The position numbers and the translations under genes are program-made. A DNA stretch of 64,000 nt. It comes from Isurus oxyrinchus (Eukaryota). Shown in pieces: positions 1 to 13,499 of the stretch. The stretch is taken from the NCBI GenBank assembly GCA_026770705.1, contig JANJGN010000035.1:7068001-7132000 (forward strand), read 5' to 3'. The notes beneath the pieces are model-generated. The model worked only from the letters and a program-made list of their open reading frames with translations, searched no databases and was not told the DNA's origin. Each line of letters begins with the position of its first letter. Positions within the stretch are counted from its first letter, which is position 1.

Positions 1-430
1 CATGCTCTGCATCTCTAGGGTACACCACAGTGCCCCCAACGCCATTCCAGCTCCGCCACACGGGGAAATTGATACATTGCCCGCAGGCATGCTGGCCATG
101 GGCATTGGAAATGTTCCCGGGTTCCCACATAGACTACGGGGTGCACAGCAAGGCTTGGAGCTTTCCTACCATGACTTTCCCCTTTAAATTAAATTAAAAA
201 TTTTGGAAGATACTTAATATCCACTAACGTCAATACTCTTGGGCCCTTCTTCCCTATTCTTCGTTGGTAAAGAACATATACCTTACAAATGCTTAACCAC
301 AAAATAATGACTTCAAATCTATAAATGATAAAACTATTCCATCGTACTCCGATCTTCCTCACGATTCTCAAAGGATCAGTTCGTTCCCTCCTCACTGAAC
401 TCCCCCAGTCAACAAACTCCTACTTTATCA
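1..430 (-). mobile_element. Decayed CR1-type LINE 5' fragment (ORF1 N-terminus and probable 5' UTR), running off the window edge
   Basis: Minus strand from ~172 reads MVGKLQALLCTP*SMWEPGT..., similar to MEGDLKDVVCCSCSMWEAG at 38576 (-), a CR1 ORF1 zinc-finger-like start. Right boundary is a guess. Confidence 0.55.
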
Positions 431-1529
431 ACTACTGCAGTCCAAAGCAGCACCCCAGTGTCGACAAAGGGACGAGGGGAGTTGGAACATGATGTTGCAA
501 GTGATAGTTAAGATTTCCTGTGAAGCATGGTCATCTGTATACCAGATGGACTGAATGATGCACGTTGTATTACTGTAGACACCTAATGGAGCCGAGGGTC
601 ATGATAGCGAAGAACTTTCCTTGCTTTCTTATATAAGGTTCAGTTGAAACAGGAATTAAAGGGGAACATGCCGAACATATTCAACAAATCTGGCAGAATC
701 CGTAGAGATAGACAGGCTGGCAGAACCTGTCATTGTGGAGTACTGAGAGAGATTGCATTATTCAAGGAAACATAGGGCTGATCTGCAATAAAAAACAGAG
801 TTTCAGTAATATACTAAAAAAAAATAATTAACCAGTGAAACTTGATTACGAAATATTTAGGATAATGTCCAGACGAATTTAGAAAATTGTGTTTGACAAA
901 CGATATGTAAAAGAACGGTTAAACAATTTGAATTACAAAACATGTAATTGTCAACGTACGTTATTTTTCAACATCAACGAGGATAATTTAAAGTCATTCT
1001 GATAGGAAACCACTTTTCAATCTGGACAATAGTTGATATTATTGTCAGCCATTCGAATTGCTGTAATCCTGTCTTTGATGATAGTCTGCCTGGAGAGGGG
1101 TTCGTGGATTATCATCTCTACTGATCATTGAACGTCGCAGGGCATCCTGAGAAATTAGCAAATAATTCACGTGATATATGAACGTTTCAAATTGGTATCT
1201 TCAGTATAAGGCTTTGCTGTAAATATAATTATAAGGCTCTGGTTCAGACTCAGGAGGCGTTTTTTATCAATTCTGCCCACCATAATTTAAGAGTTATTCG
1301 AGTCTCCGACAGTGACTGCAAAACAGAATTTCCTGCGTAATTCCAGAAATTAAATGTTTTAGCTTTATTTTGGCTTGGAGAAGCTGGATTTGTTCTCTAT
1401 GCATCAAGTGACTTTGACGATTGGTTTGATAAATGTGTGCAATAACGTTGCAGCTTTATATGAGGCAACCAAAAATACGTATTCACCATTCGCCGTTGGT
1501 GAATGCTCAAGTTCACAAACACACATTTT

Positions 1530-1785
1530 TTATATTAATTCGTGGGATGTGGGTCTCACTGTTTTGGCCAGAGTTCAGAATTTATTGTTCATCCCTCATT
1601 GGCCGTGCACAGAGGACATTTGTTCTAAAGAGTCAACCACAGTGCTCTGAGGCTGGATTCAGATGAAGGTCAGAGCAGGTGAAGATGGCAGTTTTTCTTC
1701 GCAAAAATACATTGATGAACCACATCATTTCTTTGTGAAAATCGACTGTGGTGTCATGCTCATCATTAGACTTTAAACTTTTTTA
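1530..1785 (-). mobile_element. SINE-like element sharing its 3' tail with the LINE fragment at ~11.4-11.9 kb
   Basis: Reverse complement of ~1533-1605 (CCAATGAGGGATGAACAATAAATTCTG...CAGTGAGACCCACATCCCACGAAT) aligns by eye with 11825-11890 (TAATTAGAGATGCACAATAAATGCTAG...CAGCGATGCACAAATCTCTTGGATGAA). The body (GAGTCAACCACA...CATCATTAGACT) resembles a common shark SINE as I recall it. Confidence 0.6.
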
Positions 1786-2129
1786 AAAGAAATGTAGGGG
1801 TAATTTTATGAATAAATCTTAAACATCGAGCAATGGTGAACTGAAAAACGACGCCCCTAAAGGTGTTGGAAGCAGAGACTATAACTAATCACGAATAAAA
1901 TTAGATGGGCATATGGGAAAAAAAAAATGCAGGTCTGCAGGGATAGAATGGGGTAAAATATCAGCCTGCTACGTTCTGCAGAGAGCAGCCCTGGGCGTGA
2001 AGGCCTGTATTATCTCTTTCAGTGTTTTTATGACCCGATGTCAAAATTGCATCATTGAGCTAAATGTAGTGGCAAAAAAAATTCGGAATGCATACTTAAA
2101 GGTTGCACTTGAGATCCCTGCCGTGCTCA

Positions 2130-4250
2130 ATTCATCAGTTAAGAGATGACGTTTTGTTATTGACAACAACGAGCTCTACACAAGGGCATGTTTCCACCAC
2201 GTGTCAGTTGGTTTAACCAGCTTTGTATATTTCCGCCTCTTTAAACATATGTATGCAAGATCTCTGTTTGAAAACAAACCTCAGGGGACCTTATATCATA
2301 GAGGGTGTCTTTCACCCAAATACGTCATTTCCAGCTTTCAATGATCTTTTCAAAATAGTCCCAATGCATCCATAGAAAAACGTTTATTCTTCTTTTCTGC
2401 AACGAGCACATAGGTGCCTTCTCAAATCTAAGCACAAAAGTGAAGAACTTCATGCCTTAAATAAATACTTGAACATTATCTGCACCCCGGATACTACTTT
2501 CAAATTGCTCTTAAAGTCTGATATGCTTACCAAAACATAGTTTTCCAGTAGTGGTTGATTCAGTATTTTATACAGTTATCATAACCGCTCCCTTTTTGTA
2601 CGTTATACCCACACTTACAATGCCAGGCTTCTGCATGCTTATTGACCGCTTACCCGACTTCCCCGTGACCTTCAATCATGTATTTAGATATCACCCGATG
2701 CCCCTTTTCTCTTGCGCCTACTTTAGGCATTATTCTATCAGTATCTCTTCGTTCTTTCTTCCCAATTGAATTGTTTTGCACTATTTCGCACTAAATTCCA
2801 TATGCCACTTCTGTGTCAATTGCAACACACCGCCTGCATCCTGTTCAATTTAAGATCTTTTATCTTCACAGTTCACAATATCTATCAATTTCGGTTCATA
2901 CACAATTTTGAAGTGGATGCCTCTACTTCCCATTATGGGCTATTAATATTGGTTGGGAAAAAAAAACATTGATCTTAATTTACTGCTTGAAAATACGTCC
3001 TATGTAGCTTGCTCCAGCCAAATGCAGCCATTCCTTATCTTCTTTTCATCCCTCAGCAAGTAATATCGATGGTTTTACAATCCATTTTCTGCTGTGTTTT
3101 CCAAATTTGCTGACAAGCTTTTTAAATGGCCGTTTAGAAATTACATTTTGGAAGTGAATGTACATCACATCAAGCCTTTAGCCTCAGCAATCCGTTCTGT
3201 CACATAATCAAAATCTCAGTTACCTAAACGCAACGTTTCCTTAAGAAATCGTACTTGTTTTCATTATTTCAACATATTTGTCCGAGTGGCTGCTAATTGT
3301 TTCATGTAGTATATGGCCCACGGCTGCCGGCTTTGCCCTGAAGCTATTAATTAACGTGATGGTATCATTTTTTTCTGCATTCCCTGAGGCTACACATTAT
3401 CTCAGGAGAATGTGGATATTATTGACCGTACCTCAGTATATTTCTTCCTTTAATTCCTTGTTAAATGCATCTACTCTGAACATATTAGCTTGCGAAAGTT
3501 CAGTGCAGCCAGACTGCCCATTAGATTGTCAAATATTTTATAGGCTATCCAGTCTAGAGACGACCATTTTTTTCACTAAGAATTGGCTGAAAGCCCTTCA
3601 TTGCTAGGAAAGATATCATGAGGAAGTGAGCTCTGATTTTTATGTGTGAAGTCATGTTTGCACCCCAAATCGGCCTTGCTATATCTTTAAAAGCTGTTTA
3701 CTGTTCATATATCTATAAAATGTGTTTTGGTAACATTTACTGTCAACTGTCCTAATCGTATAACACATTCACGTTAATTTTCCATTTTTTTTCAATTGAA
3801 CTCTGAATTCTGATATTCTCGTTGCTTCTAATTCGTATTGCCTGAAATCTGTGAGACATGGTCTTCGTTCTGCTTCATTTCACTCTCCATCTTTTCCATT
3901 ATGCACAAAGCAATGGATATGTTTGCTTCAGAAAAAATATGGCAAGCATGTTTCCACAATCCCTTCAGATTCATATTAAATCGCTGCGTTAGTTAGAGTC
4001 TCCAAATGTCTCTCTTGAGGTCTTTGCCAAATGCTTTAATCGTTCCTCCTTTTGTAAGTAATCATTCTGCAATGAAAATATTTCACCAGGAAATATTTAC
4101 TTTTAATTAAAAAATAATAATGAGCCTCGTTTTGTTCGACAGTTTTAGCAACAAAAATGGAAAGAGTCCAATTCCCTAATCGGAATGTATTAGCTGAATC
4201 AATAGATTTTTGGTTGTTCTCAGTGATACCCTTGGATACATTTAAATGTG
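2130..4250 (-). mobile_element. Very old, fragmented CR1-type LINE (ORF2 region)
   Basis: Patches such as CACTAAATTCCATATGCCACTT (~2790) and TTTTGGAAGTGAATGTACATCACATCAA (~3146) resemble the antisense RT-region sequence of the younger CR1 at 8.2-11.4 kb. No usable ORF. Confidence 0.45.
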
Positions 4251-4864
4251 GCTTCACAACTAAGAATCCTTAACCTCTGAGAGAACTTGTTCCAAAAGGT
4301 GAAATAACTTTCTCAGCGCACTTTACTGCCAAATGATTTTTCTGTTTATAGCGTGATTTGATAGCAAATCATGAAAATGAATGTAAATTGCGTGTTATAC
4401 TTGGAAATATTGGACTTCCAACGTGTCTTTCGGCAGATATGTTGTAAAATATACAGTCTGTTCTGCAGCCTATTTGTTCCAAGTTAATTCTCATTTTTGT
4501 TTGCGTTTAGACTCAATGAGAATAATCTGTGTGCCTCGGGAATAAAACATCTCTCTGTAGTGCTGAGAAAATGTGACTGCAAAATTCAAAGACTTGAGTG
4601 AGTAATTATGTTTAATCTGTTGAGAAACATCACCACAAAGCCCAAATGAAGTAAAAACAAAAAACCTCCTGCTAAAATAGTCTCCAGCCAAATTGCGTAT
4701 TTACTTCACCTCAAACGGCAATATCATTTTAAAAACGCTGGGACAAACTGCAGAAACTTGCAAAATAGTCCCCAGAGATTGCGGAAATAATAACTGAATA
4801 TTTGTTGACAGTACATAATTTGTGTTTCTTGTGCATAATGCGTGTTTATTTTTCTACCGTCCAG

Positions 4865-5051
4865 ATTAAAATCTAATACCCTAACACATCATTGTGTAGA
4901 AACTCTGAGACCTGCGCCTCAAGCAAATGATTCAATTACAGAGGTAGACTTAATTAACGATCGTCAGAGCGGCGAACATGCCAACAGAATAACTGAAAAA
5001 CGTTTTTTTGCATTGTGCTGCCTAATGCAGAGGAGCAGGAAGCTCAAGGAA
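4865..5051 (+). pseudogene. Candidate exon X1 of the unidentified + strand repeat-exon gene
   Basis: Acceptor TTTTTCTACCGTCCAG| and donor GAA|GTGAGT; open frame LKSNTLTHHCVETLRPAPQANDSITEVDLINDRQSGEHANRITEKR... Splicing it to X2 in this frame meets stop codons. Confidence 0.45.
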
Positions 5052-5284
5052 GTGAGTTGAGCCTCTATCTGAATCATGGAGAAAATTAATGATCTATCAA
5101 CATGTACATATATCCATGCAGGTTTCCCTTAATAATTATCTTAATGAAAAAATTTCATAATTAATTTATAGTATTTCTCACCGCCCTACGGAAAAGCAAA
5201 TTCATTTAAATTGATTTCACAATATCGCAAAATACGCGAAAGGCATTAATTGAAATTTTGGTAATTTTAATAATATTTTTTCAG

Positions 5285-5369
5285 GTTGATAAACAATCAG
5301 TATATTGCAGACAATCGACAAATTCTGAAGTTTGACGATCATTTGGGTAATTTCGCTGCAATTACTGCG
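5285..5369 (+). pseudogene. Candidate exon X2 (85 nt)
   Basis: Acceptor ATATTTTTTCAG| and donor GCG|GTAAGG. One open frame (LINNQYIADNRQILKFDDHLGNFAAITA); the 0->1 frame that would join X1 to X3 has two stops. Confidence 0.45.
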
Positions 5370-5930
5370 GTAAGGAAATGTATTTTTAACATGGTTATTG
5401 CTTCAAACATGTTTTTTTCAGTTAATATTACATCAAAAATGTAATATTGCAAAGCAGACCCGCTTATAACAATATGGCCGAAATGTGTCCAGGGAGTAAG
5501 GGGTGGAAGTTGGGCATCACAAATACGTGTAAACTTAGGCACGTGAATTTCCCTATAAAGCCAAAGATGGCAGCAGCCATGTTTTCAACAATTAGCGATC
5601 AAATTCGTGAGTGTCGTTATCTAAACCCTCAACAAAAACATTGGGAGCTATGAATTAACGCCAGAAATTTCACGGGTTGTATTCGAACACTAAAATTCCT
5701 TGCTAATCTCGTAGAAACCTCCCTTTGTAGCCTATCTACAATGCACTGGGGATAACTGGGGAATTTTAATCAGCGTCTCATATTTCACAGGTGGGTTTTG
5801 GTTATTTGTTGAAATATTATAGATTAATAGAACGCGATTTCTTCATTAATAGGCATAACATTTTATTCCAACATATTGTTTCATTTTGTGATTGTGAACA
5901 TTTGTTCATGAAAAGTGTTTTTTTTTTCAG

Positions 5931-6134
5931 ATTTAGCTGCTGTTTCAGTTGATGCTCATAAGTTTAAGCAGGTCTGGAAAAGCGACAAAAATATCAACCT
6001 TGAATTGTCCAATAGTTTAACAAGTAAACGTCTGCCAAACAGGAAGGAGCCCAGCAAGGTTTAAACAGAAACAGAGCAAAGCAGTTAAATAAAAAAAAAT
6101 TAGGAATAAAAAAAACAAATGAAGTTGGGCAATG
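5931..6134 (+). pseudogene. Candidate exon X3 (204 nt, phase 1->1) with in-frame stops
   Basis: Strong acceptor GTTTTTTTTTTCAG| and donor ATG|GTAAGC. Reads DLAAVSVDAHKFKQVWKSDKNINLELSNSLTSKRLPNRKEPSKV*, then three more stops in an A-rich stretch. Confidence 0.5.
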
Positions 6135-6249
6135 GTAAGCCTTTACGGATAATGCATTTGATTCGCTATTGAACTGAAGACTTTAGGGATGAAACAAAGG
6201 AATACTGGGGATGGTGGATATCTGAAATGTACGACAATGTATCGAACTA

Positions 6250-6880
6250 CCCATCCATTGATCGGTAAATCCATTCATCCATCCATCCATCGATCCATCC
6301 AACTAACCAACCACCCACACACCCACACATCCAGCTTTGCTCCCCCCCCCACCCACCCCCCCATGCATACATTCACCTTTGCTCCCACCCACCCAAGCAT
6401 CCAAACAAGCATTCATCCATGAACCCATACACCTCGCCATCCATCTGTCCATTCCTCCAACCGTCCATCGATCCATCCAAACATCAATCCACCCAATCGT
6501 CCATCCATCGATCCATCCAGTGATCCATCTATCCATCCATCCATCCATGCTTCCATCGGGCGACAGGCCTATCTATTCGTCCGTCCTTAAATCCGTTCAC
6601 CCATTTGACCATATGTCAAAATTTTCACCCATCCATCCAGTCGTCCATCCGTCTGCACATCCCTCTGTCTGCCCGTCCATCCGCCCCTTCTTCCATCCAT
6701 CCATCCATCCATCCATCCATCTGTCTTTCTTTCCAATATCGGCCAATCCGTCCATTCTTTTATCTTCCCATTCATCCATGCATCAATCAATCGATCAATC
6801 CATCCATCTAACCATTCTTCCATCGTTATATCTATTTATCTATCTATCCATCCATCCATCTGCCCATGCATCCACAATCA
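6250..6880. repeat. Degenerate (TCCA)n/(GGAT)n tetranucleotide microsatellite
   Basis: Repeated CCAT/TCCA units with a pure run at ~6692-6720; it accounts for the overlapping HPSI/MDGW ORFs. Confidence 0.95.
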
Positions 6881-7360
6881 ATGTTTTCAACTAGATCTCT
6901 TTGTATTTTTCTCCCTAAGGCAGTGCAGCTTAAATTAATCTAATTTCCAAGATATTTTTTGTCTTTGAAAAATCGAATTAGTGAAAAAGATCAGTCGCGC
7001 TATTCTGGTTTGCATTCCAATCAGCGTGTACTTATGCTTAGCTATCTCTCATCAGATGCTTACAAATGATTCCAAACAATCCGATAAATCAAGTGATGCC
7101 ACATATACAGCAATACAGTTCTCTGTGGATCCCCTTCTACTTTTGGTTTAATCAAATATCTTATCAAAATACTCTGGCATTGATTGTTTTATGTTTTGCC
7201 CTTTTGCATTTGATGTTATGGTCAATGTAAATACTCACTTTAAATTCATCGCGCTCTCCATTTTTTATCCTCCATATACTGGAGAGGCTCGGGCAATTTG
7301 ATGCTTAATCAGCTCAGAACTAAAATATCTTGAGTATTTTTTTTATATTATTATTGCTAG

Positions 7361-7498
7361 AATCAAGAGGAAAGTGGTTCACTCACAAGCATGCTCATCT
7401 CAGAGAACAAAGTCACCGAATCAGAAGGGTATTGAGTAGGCATTCATATCTGGGGGAAGAGGCAACAAGCGCATGTGGCAGACGCACAGATACTTTGC
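7361..7498 (+). pseudogene. Divergent B-type exon (B0, 138 nt)
   Basis: Starts TAG|AATCAAGAGG like B2 (CAG|AATCAAGAGG) and ends C|GTGAGATTA like B2/B3/B5. Open as phase 1->1 (ESRGKWFTHKHAHLREQSH...DTL); stop in the phase-0 frame (NQEESGSLTSMLISENKVTESEGY*). Confidence 0.55.
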
Positions 7499-8229
7499 GT
7501 GAGATTACCAATTGCTTTGCAATGATATATCCGCTCACGTTTGTATTTAATTCAGTTGCAGTATCTGTCCATTCTATTGTGCATTGATTGAGGAGTTAGT
7601 ACATTTGAGCTCGTAAGATAAATTATAATCAAAACTTTGCATAACGGTTCAGGGCTCACCAAACAATCTGGCCCTTCAAATCATGAGCTCAATTCATGCT
7701 CAAGCAAATTTATCCTTTTCCGTTCTCCAAGAAGGTGTCTCTGCTTTCGGAAGATTTCCTGAACCATCTTGTGATTATTGCCATAGTTTCCTCTGCAGGT
7801 TATTACTAACGGCATTTGTTTTAAAAAATAAAATAAGGCGTATGTGGAAGCAATCAATTGAGAAGGTCCTGTCGGTGTTCCATGCTACAAGAACTACTCT
7901 TTGAGGAAAAGTGATCTGATTACCAATTTCGCTCATTCAAACCTTACCGTTTTCCATGACACACCGTGCTAATGTCCCCTCTTTCCGTTTGTTACTCCAA
8001 AATTTGCTCTCTGGGTAGGCACTGTTTCACGGTTAATGATGTCCGTCAGCAGCTTTGGCAGGAATATTTGTTTATGCACCAAGACATTTTCTGTAAACAA
8101 CAATGTGAAACATTTAAGATGTTAGCGAGCCGAACCTTTACGGAGAAGCAATATTTTGAGTTGCTAGTTCACGCTTCAAATGCATATGAAATGGAGAGTT
8201 AAGATCAAAATCACGTAAACAAATTCACT

Positions 8230-11200
8230 GAGCATCACACAATCATACAATGCAGAATAGGCCCTTCAGCCCATCGAGTCTGCACCGAAACGTGCAAAAC
8301 ATCTCATCTACCTAACTAATACGGTTTACCAGCACTTGGACATAGCCTTGTATGTTATAACATGCCCAAGTGCTCATCCGTGTACTTTTTGATGGATGTG
8401 AAGCGACCAACCTCTATCACCCTTAGAAGCAGCACATTCCAGACCATCACCACGCTCTGGTTAAAAAAGATTTTCCTCACAAAAACCCGAAACCTCCTGC
8501 CCCTCACTTTGAACGTATGTCCCCTTATACCTGACGCATCAAGTAAGGGGAACAAAAGCTCCCTATCCACCATCTCCATGCCACTCAAAATCTTCTACAT
8601 CTCGACCAGGCCGGCCCTCATCCTTCTCTGTTCCAACGTAAAAATCCGAAGTCTACACAACCTCTCTTCATAACTTAAGTGTTTCATCCCTGGTAACATT
8701 GTACTGCAAATCCTCTGCACCCCCTCCACTGCAATCACACACTTTGTATAATGCGGTGAACAGATCAGCACACAATACTCCCACCGTGGCCTCACTCAGT
8801 CGGATACAACTCCAACATGACCTCCCTACTTTTGTAATCTGTGCCTCGATTCATAAATGCAAGTGACCTATTTGCCTTTATCACCACACGAATAACATGC
8901 CCCTCCACTGTCAGAGATATGCGGACACACACGCTAAGGTCCCTTTCTTCCTCAGAAGGTCTTAGTATTAGACCATTCATTGAATACGTCCTTGTCATCA
9001 AACTCCTTCTAAAGAATAGCACCTCAAAATCTTTAGGGTTACATTCCATTTGCCACTTATGTTGTTCATTTGGCCAACGTGCCTAAAACTTCGTGTAGCC
9101 CAAGGTACTCAACCTCACTGTTAATCAGCGGGCCTATATCTGTGTCATCCACAAACTTACTAATCCAGCACCCGACATGGCCATCTATGACGTTCATATA
9201 AATTAAGAATAATAGGGAACAAGCACAGATCCCAGAAGTATGCCACTGGACATTGGCGTCCAGTTGCATAAGCATTCCTCTGTCATCATATTATGTCTCT
9301 TACAACTAAGCGAACTTTGAATCCACCTTATCAAATTGTCCCGTGTCCCAAGTGCATTTCCCTTCCTTAAATGTCTCCCATTTGGGATCTTGTCAAAGGC
9401 TTTGCGGAAATCCAAATAAATTACACCAACTGCACACATCTAAACACCTGGTCACCTACTGAAGCAAAGCCATCAAATTTGTTAGGCATGACCCCCCTCT
9501 GACAAAGCCATGCTGAATAATCCTGATATAACCTTGACTCTCCATGTGGAGAAATAGTGTCTCCTTCAGAAGCTCCTGCATGTGGTTCCCTGACTCTTAC
9601 GTGAGACTCACTGTTCTTTACTTCCCTGGACTATCTCCACAAATCGCCTTAAACAGTGGATCCATTCTTCCGGCACCTCCCCTGTGACCATAAATGTATT
9701 TAACAACTTGGTCAGATTCCCTACAATATCCTCCCTTGCCTCCCTCAGCACTCAGAGAGACAAAGCAACTGGACATGTTCATTTCTCACCCAAAGCCTGC
9801 CAACACCTCCTATAGCAAGTCAATCCCTCTATCAATTTGATCAGGAGCCTCGACGTCCATGTCCCTGAGATTGATGCCCTCATCCACATCTCTTGAGTGA
9901 CGATGTGAAACATTTGTTCAACTCTCTACCAACGTCCTCTGGCTCTACCCTTAGATTGTCGCCTAGGTTCCTAACGGGTACTATTAGTGCCGTGGTTATC
10001 CTTTTCCAATTGATATACTTATAGAATAAGTTAGATTTTCCCTACTTTTACCAGCCATGGCTATCACATATCCGCTCTTTGCTCTTCTAGTTGCTTTATT
10101 CAGCTCTACACAGCACTTTCTGTACTTCAATAATGCCTCCGCTGATTTGCTTCCTTTAAAGCCTCCCTTTTCCTTATCCTCGCATCCTGAATATCCAGAA
10201 TATCTCTAGCCATCCATGGCTCTCTGGGCTTGTTTCTCCTTCCTATCATCTTTGAGGGAACATGTTGAGTCTTTACCCTCCTCGTTTGCTTTTTGAATGC
10301 CCGCCACTGTTCCTTTCTTGGTGACCCAAAAGTTTTTACTCCTTATATACCTTGGCCAGATTCTGCCTTATTTTAATAAAATCGAGACTCCCCCAAAATC
10401 CAAAATATTTTAGTCAATTGTCCCTTTATTTGACCATAGCAAGCTTCATTTGTATCATGATGCGGACGCCATCACTAAAATTCTTCCCCCAAGACCACAA
10501 CCACCCGTCCGTCTTCATTCCCCAGAATTAGGTCTCTTGTTGGACCCACTTCATATTGACCAAATAGGTTTTCCTTTACTGATTCACGAATTCCAGTCCA
10601 TCCAAGCCTGTGTCCCTCCGAATTAATTTTGGCAATGCTGAAATCGCCTCATAATGTAATGTATTGTTATTGTTTTTACACATCTCCAAAAGTTGTACAA
10701 ATATTTTCTCTTCAAATTCCCGCTGACTATCCTGGATAGTCAAGAGAGACACTTAACAATGTGGCTGACCTCTTTTTTCCTAAGCTCTACCCACAATGCT
10801 TCATTTGAAGCCCACTCCAAGATATCATTTTTTTCTTACTGCAGTCTCTGACTCTTTAACTAATAATTCAATGCCCATTCCTTTTTTCACCCTCCACTGA
10901 TTCACATGAACAGTCCATATCCCGGAATGTTTATCTGCTAATCCTGCTCCTGCCTCAACCACGCCTCCCGGATAGCTACTATATCACAATTCAAAATGTC
11001 ACTCCTCAGCCATAACTCATCCGTTTTGTCTGTGCTGCTATTGGCATTAAAGTAGAGGCCCACCAGCCTTGCCTTACTCCCTTGAAACTTAATGAAGCGT
11101 TAATCCCTATGATTTCATTGTTTCACTGTATTATAAAGTTCCCTATTCTGCAATCCTCCTGAACCCCCTCCCCCTGCCGAAGTGGTTTGAAGTACTCCCA

Positions 11201-11370
11201 ACAGCACCAGTAAACCGGCCACAAGCATATTACTTTCCTTCTGGTTCAGTTATAAACGATATAGCTTGCACATATTTCACCTTCTCCAGAAACGGTCCTA
11301 GTGATCAAAGGAATTTAAAAGTCTCCCTCCTGCATCAACTCATAAGGCATGTATTCTCCTGCGCTATTGC
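8230..11370 (-). mobile_element. CR1-type LINE, 5'-truncated in ORF1; decayed ORF2 (APE endonuclease + RT)
   Basis: ORF fragments: IYLDFRKAFDKIP, LLFLIYMN...ISKFVDDT (RT core), RPRWEYCV..CSPHY, HLSYEERL, RGHTFKVRGRRF. Endonuclease start GLYFNANSSTDKTDEL at ~11060 (-). 3' tail at ~8235-8290. Confidence 0.93.
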
Positions 11371-11399
11371 CCTTAATTAGAGATGTTTTTGACCATTGG

Positions 11400-11900
11400 A
11401 TATTTTTTACCTGTTCCGCCAATCAAAAATAACGCTCTAGAACATGATCACTATGCAAATATTGCAGTCTGCTAAAATTCCACATGCTCAACAGGAACTG
11501 AGTCCCTGCAGCACCAAGGAACAGTGGCAGTTGTGTGTACTATCCAAAAAATGCATTGCTGGAACTCACAGTTTTCCTCGGGCATTGCCTCCAAATCGCA
11601 TGACCAATACTATCCTGCTGGTCTTGGGCAACCTTAGAATGGCGATCCCAGTACCTGGAAGTTCCCCTCCAAGTCATTCCCCATTCCGACTTGGATATAT
11701 GTCGCCATTGCTGCACTTCCTGTCAGTCAAAATCCTGCAACTGCTTCCGAAACTGGTCTCTGCGTGTAACTATACCACATGGACTACACAGATGCAGAAT
11801 GAAGCTCACAAACACCTTACCAAGGTAATTAGAGATGCACAATAAATGCTAGCCTAGCCAGCGATGCACAAATCTCTTGGATGAACAATGAAAATAAATA
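11400..11900 (+). mobile_element. 3' fragment of a second LINE family with an A-rich tail
   Basis: Ends CCACATGGACTACA...CACCTTACCAAGGTAATTAGAGATGCACAATAAATGCTAGCCTAGCCAGCGATGCACA...AAAATAAA, a tail I recognise from shark LINEs and which is shared with the element at 1.5 kb. Clade not determined. Confidence 0.65.
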
Positions 11901-12179
11901 TATATTAGCTACTCTTCTGCCTGAGCTTGCTAACTATTCCTCAAATAACTTTGGCTTTGTGAGCACAAACAGTGTGTTTCTTTCAACATTCCGTATACCC
12001 AGTGATATTGCTTTCACAACATGCTAAAACTGCAATTCCACAAGCCTCTTCACCTGTCGATAAGTGACGATATTAGTATATACCGGTAAATGCTCTTAAT
12101 GTTAGAAATTAAGGCGAATGGAGAGTTTTGGGGGGAGTAATAAATTTTAAGGTATAGAAATCACGGCTGGAATTATGTT

Positions 12180-13200
12180 CTTGCCCTGCGCGTCAGGCAA
12201 CATCAAGTTGCACCTTAAAAATATATTCTGGAACTTCAAATAGCACACTGGCAGGTTCTCCCATTTATTAGCTTTGCTTGTAGCTTCTGCGAAACCTCAA
12301 ACACATTAGTTAAATGCGGTTTCCCTATCACTAAGCCATTTTGACCTTGCCTGATACTATTTTGAATTTGTTTTAGATTTCCTGCTATAACCTCCTTAGT
12401 AATGCGTTATAGCAACTTCGGTATGACAAATGATAAGCTAACTGGTCCTTGGATCTTGCTTTCTGCCTCCTTCTTTTCTAAAGTAATTTTAATAACAGTT
12501 ATTTGAAATAATTTCCAATCTACTGGGAACATTTCAGAATCTATTCTTTTTTATTATTGATGATTATAAGCAATGCTTCTGCTGTCTCTGAAGGCACTTC
12601 ATTTCAGACTCTTGAATGCAGGGCCTCTGGTCCCCTGGACTTGGCAGGCTTTAGACCTACTAATTTTCACAGCACCTCTTCCCTAGAAATGCAAGCTATG
12701 TTAAGCTCCACGCTACATTAATTCCGTTGATTTTCAAGAATTTTGGGAAGTTTTACACAGCGATGGCAAGTACAAAATGCATGCTTAACTGTGGTTATCT
12801 GTTCGGTAGTAGTGGTCTAGGCGTCCAATCCTAGTGTGGGTTATATTTTGAAGATGAATATATTCCTAGGACGCAGTATCTGGTTTCATATTACTATTTA
12901 GCTTCGTGTCATACTCTACTTTCACACATTTATTTATGTTTTTAGACATCTTTGCTGTTTCCTGCATTATGACCAACCTACTGACTTAGCATATTTTTGG
13001 GTGATCTTCAGGGTTTCTGGAGATCCTTCGCAAGCAGCTTGTTTTTCTTACCTAGATAAATATTTGCAGAAAGTCATTAATTATCGATTTAAAACCTTGC
13101 TGCTGCATCTCCACTGGTCCACCTTCATCGCAGTTTCCTAATTCACTATGAAATATCTGCTTCCATAACATTATTATGATCGTTATTCAGCTTTAATGAA
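12180..13200 (-). mobile_element. Old CR1-like fragment
   Basis: AATTTCCAATCTACTGGGAAC and GGGCCTCTGGTCCCCTGGACTTG resemble the antisense region just upstream of the RT in CR1 ORF2. Confidence 0.4.
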
Positions 13201-13499
13201 CTCGTGTTCGACCAACAATTCCGACCTTCAGAATGATCACAATTATCATGATGTTAAGGTTGCTAATGTCTTCCCGTGACTTCTGATCTCCGGGGCAGCA
13301 TATCTGAGGGAGCATCACATACATGAGCAGGGGCATCGCCCCTCCCTCACACTGCAGACTGCACTGCAAGTTCAAATGTTCGTTTGTCAATTGCCCTGTG
13401 AACCAGTCGATGATGTGATTTATCTAGCAAACTTCAAATGGGTCCGACTGCTTTACATCAATAGTTACCGAGAAGTGAGTACAATGAGGTCACCCATAG

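Noticed and set aside
6189-6894. Several overlapping ORFs up to 185 aa (HPSI / MDGW repeats)
   Set aside because: They are translations of the (TCCA)n microsatellite, which lacks stops in most frames.
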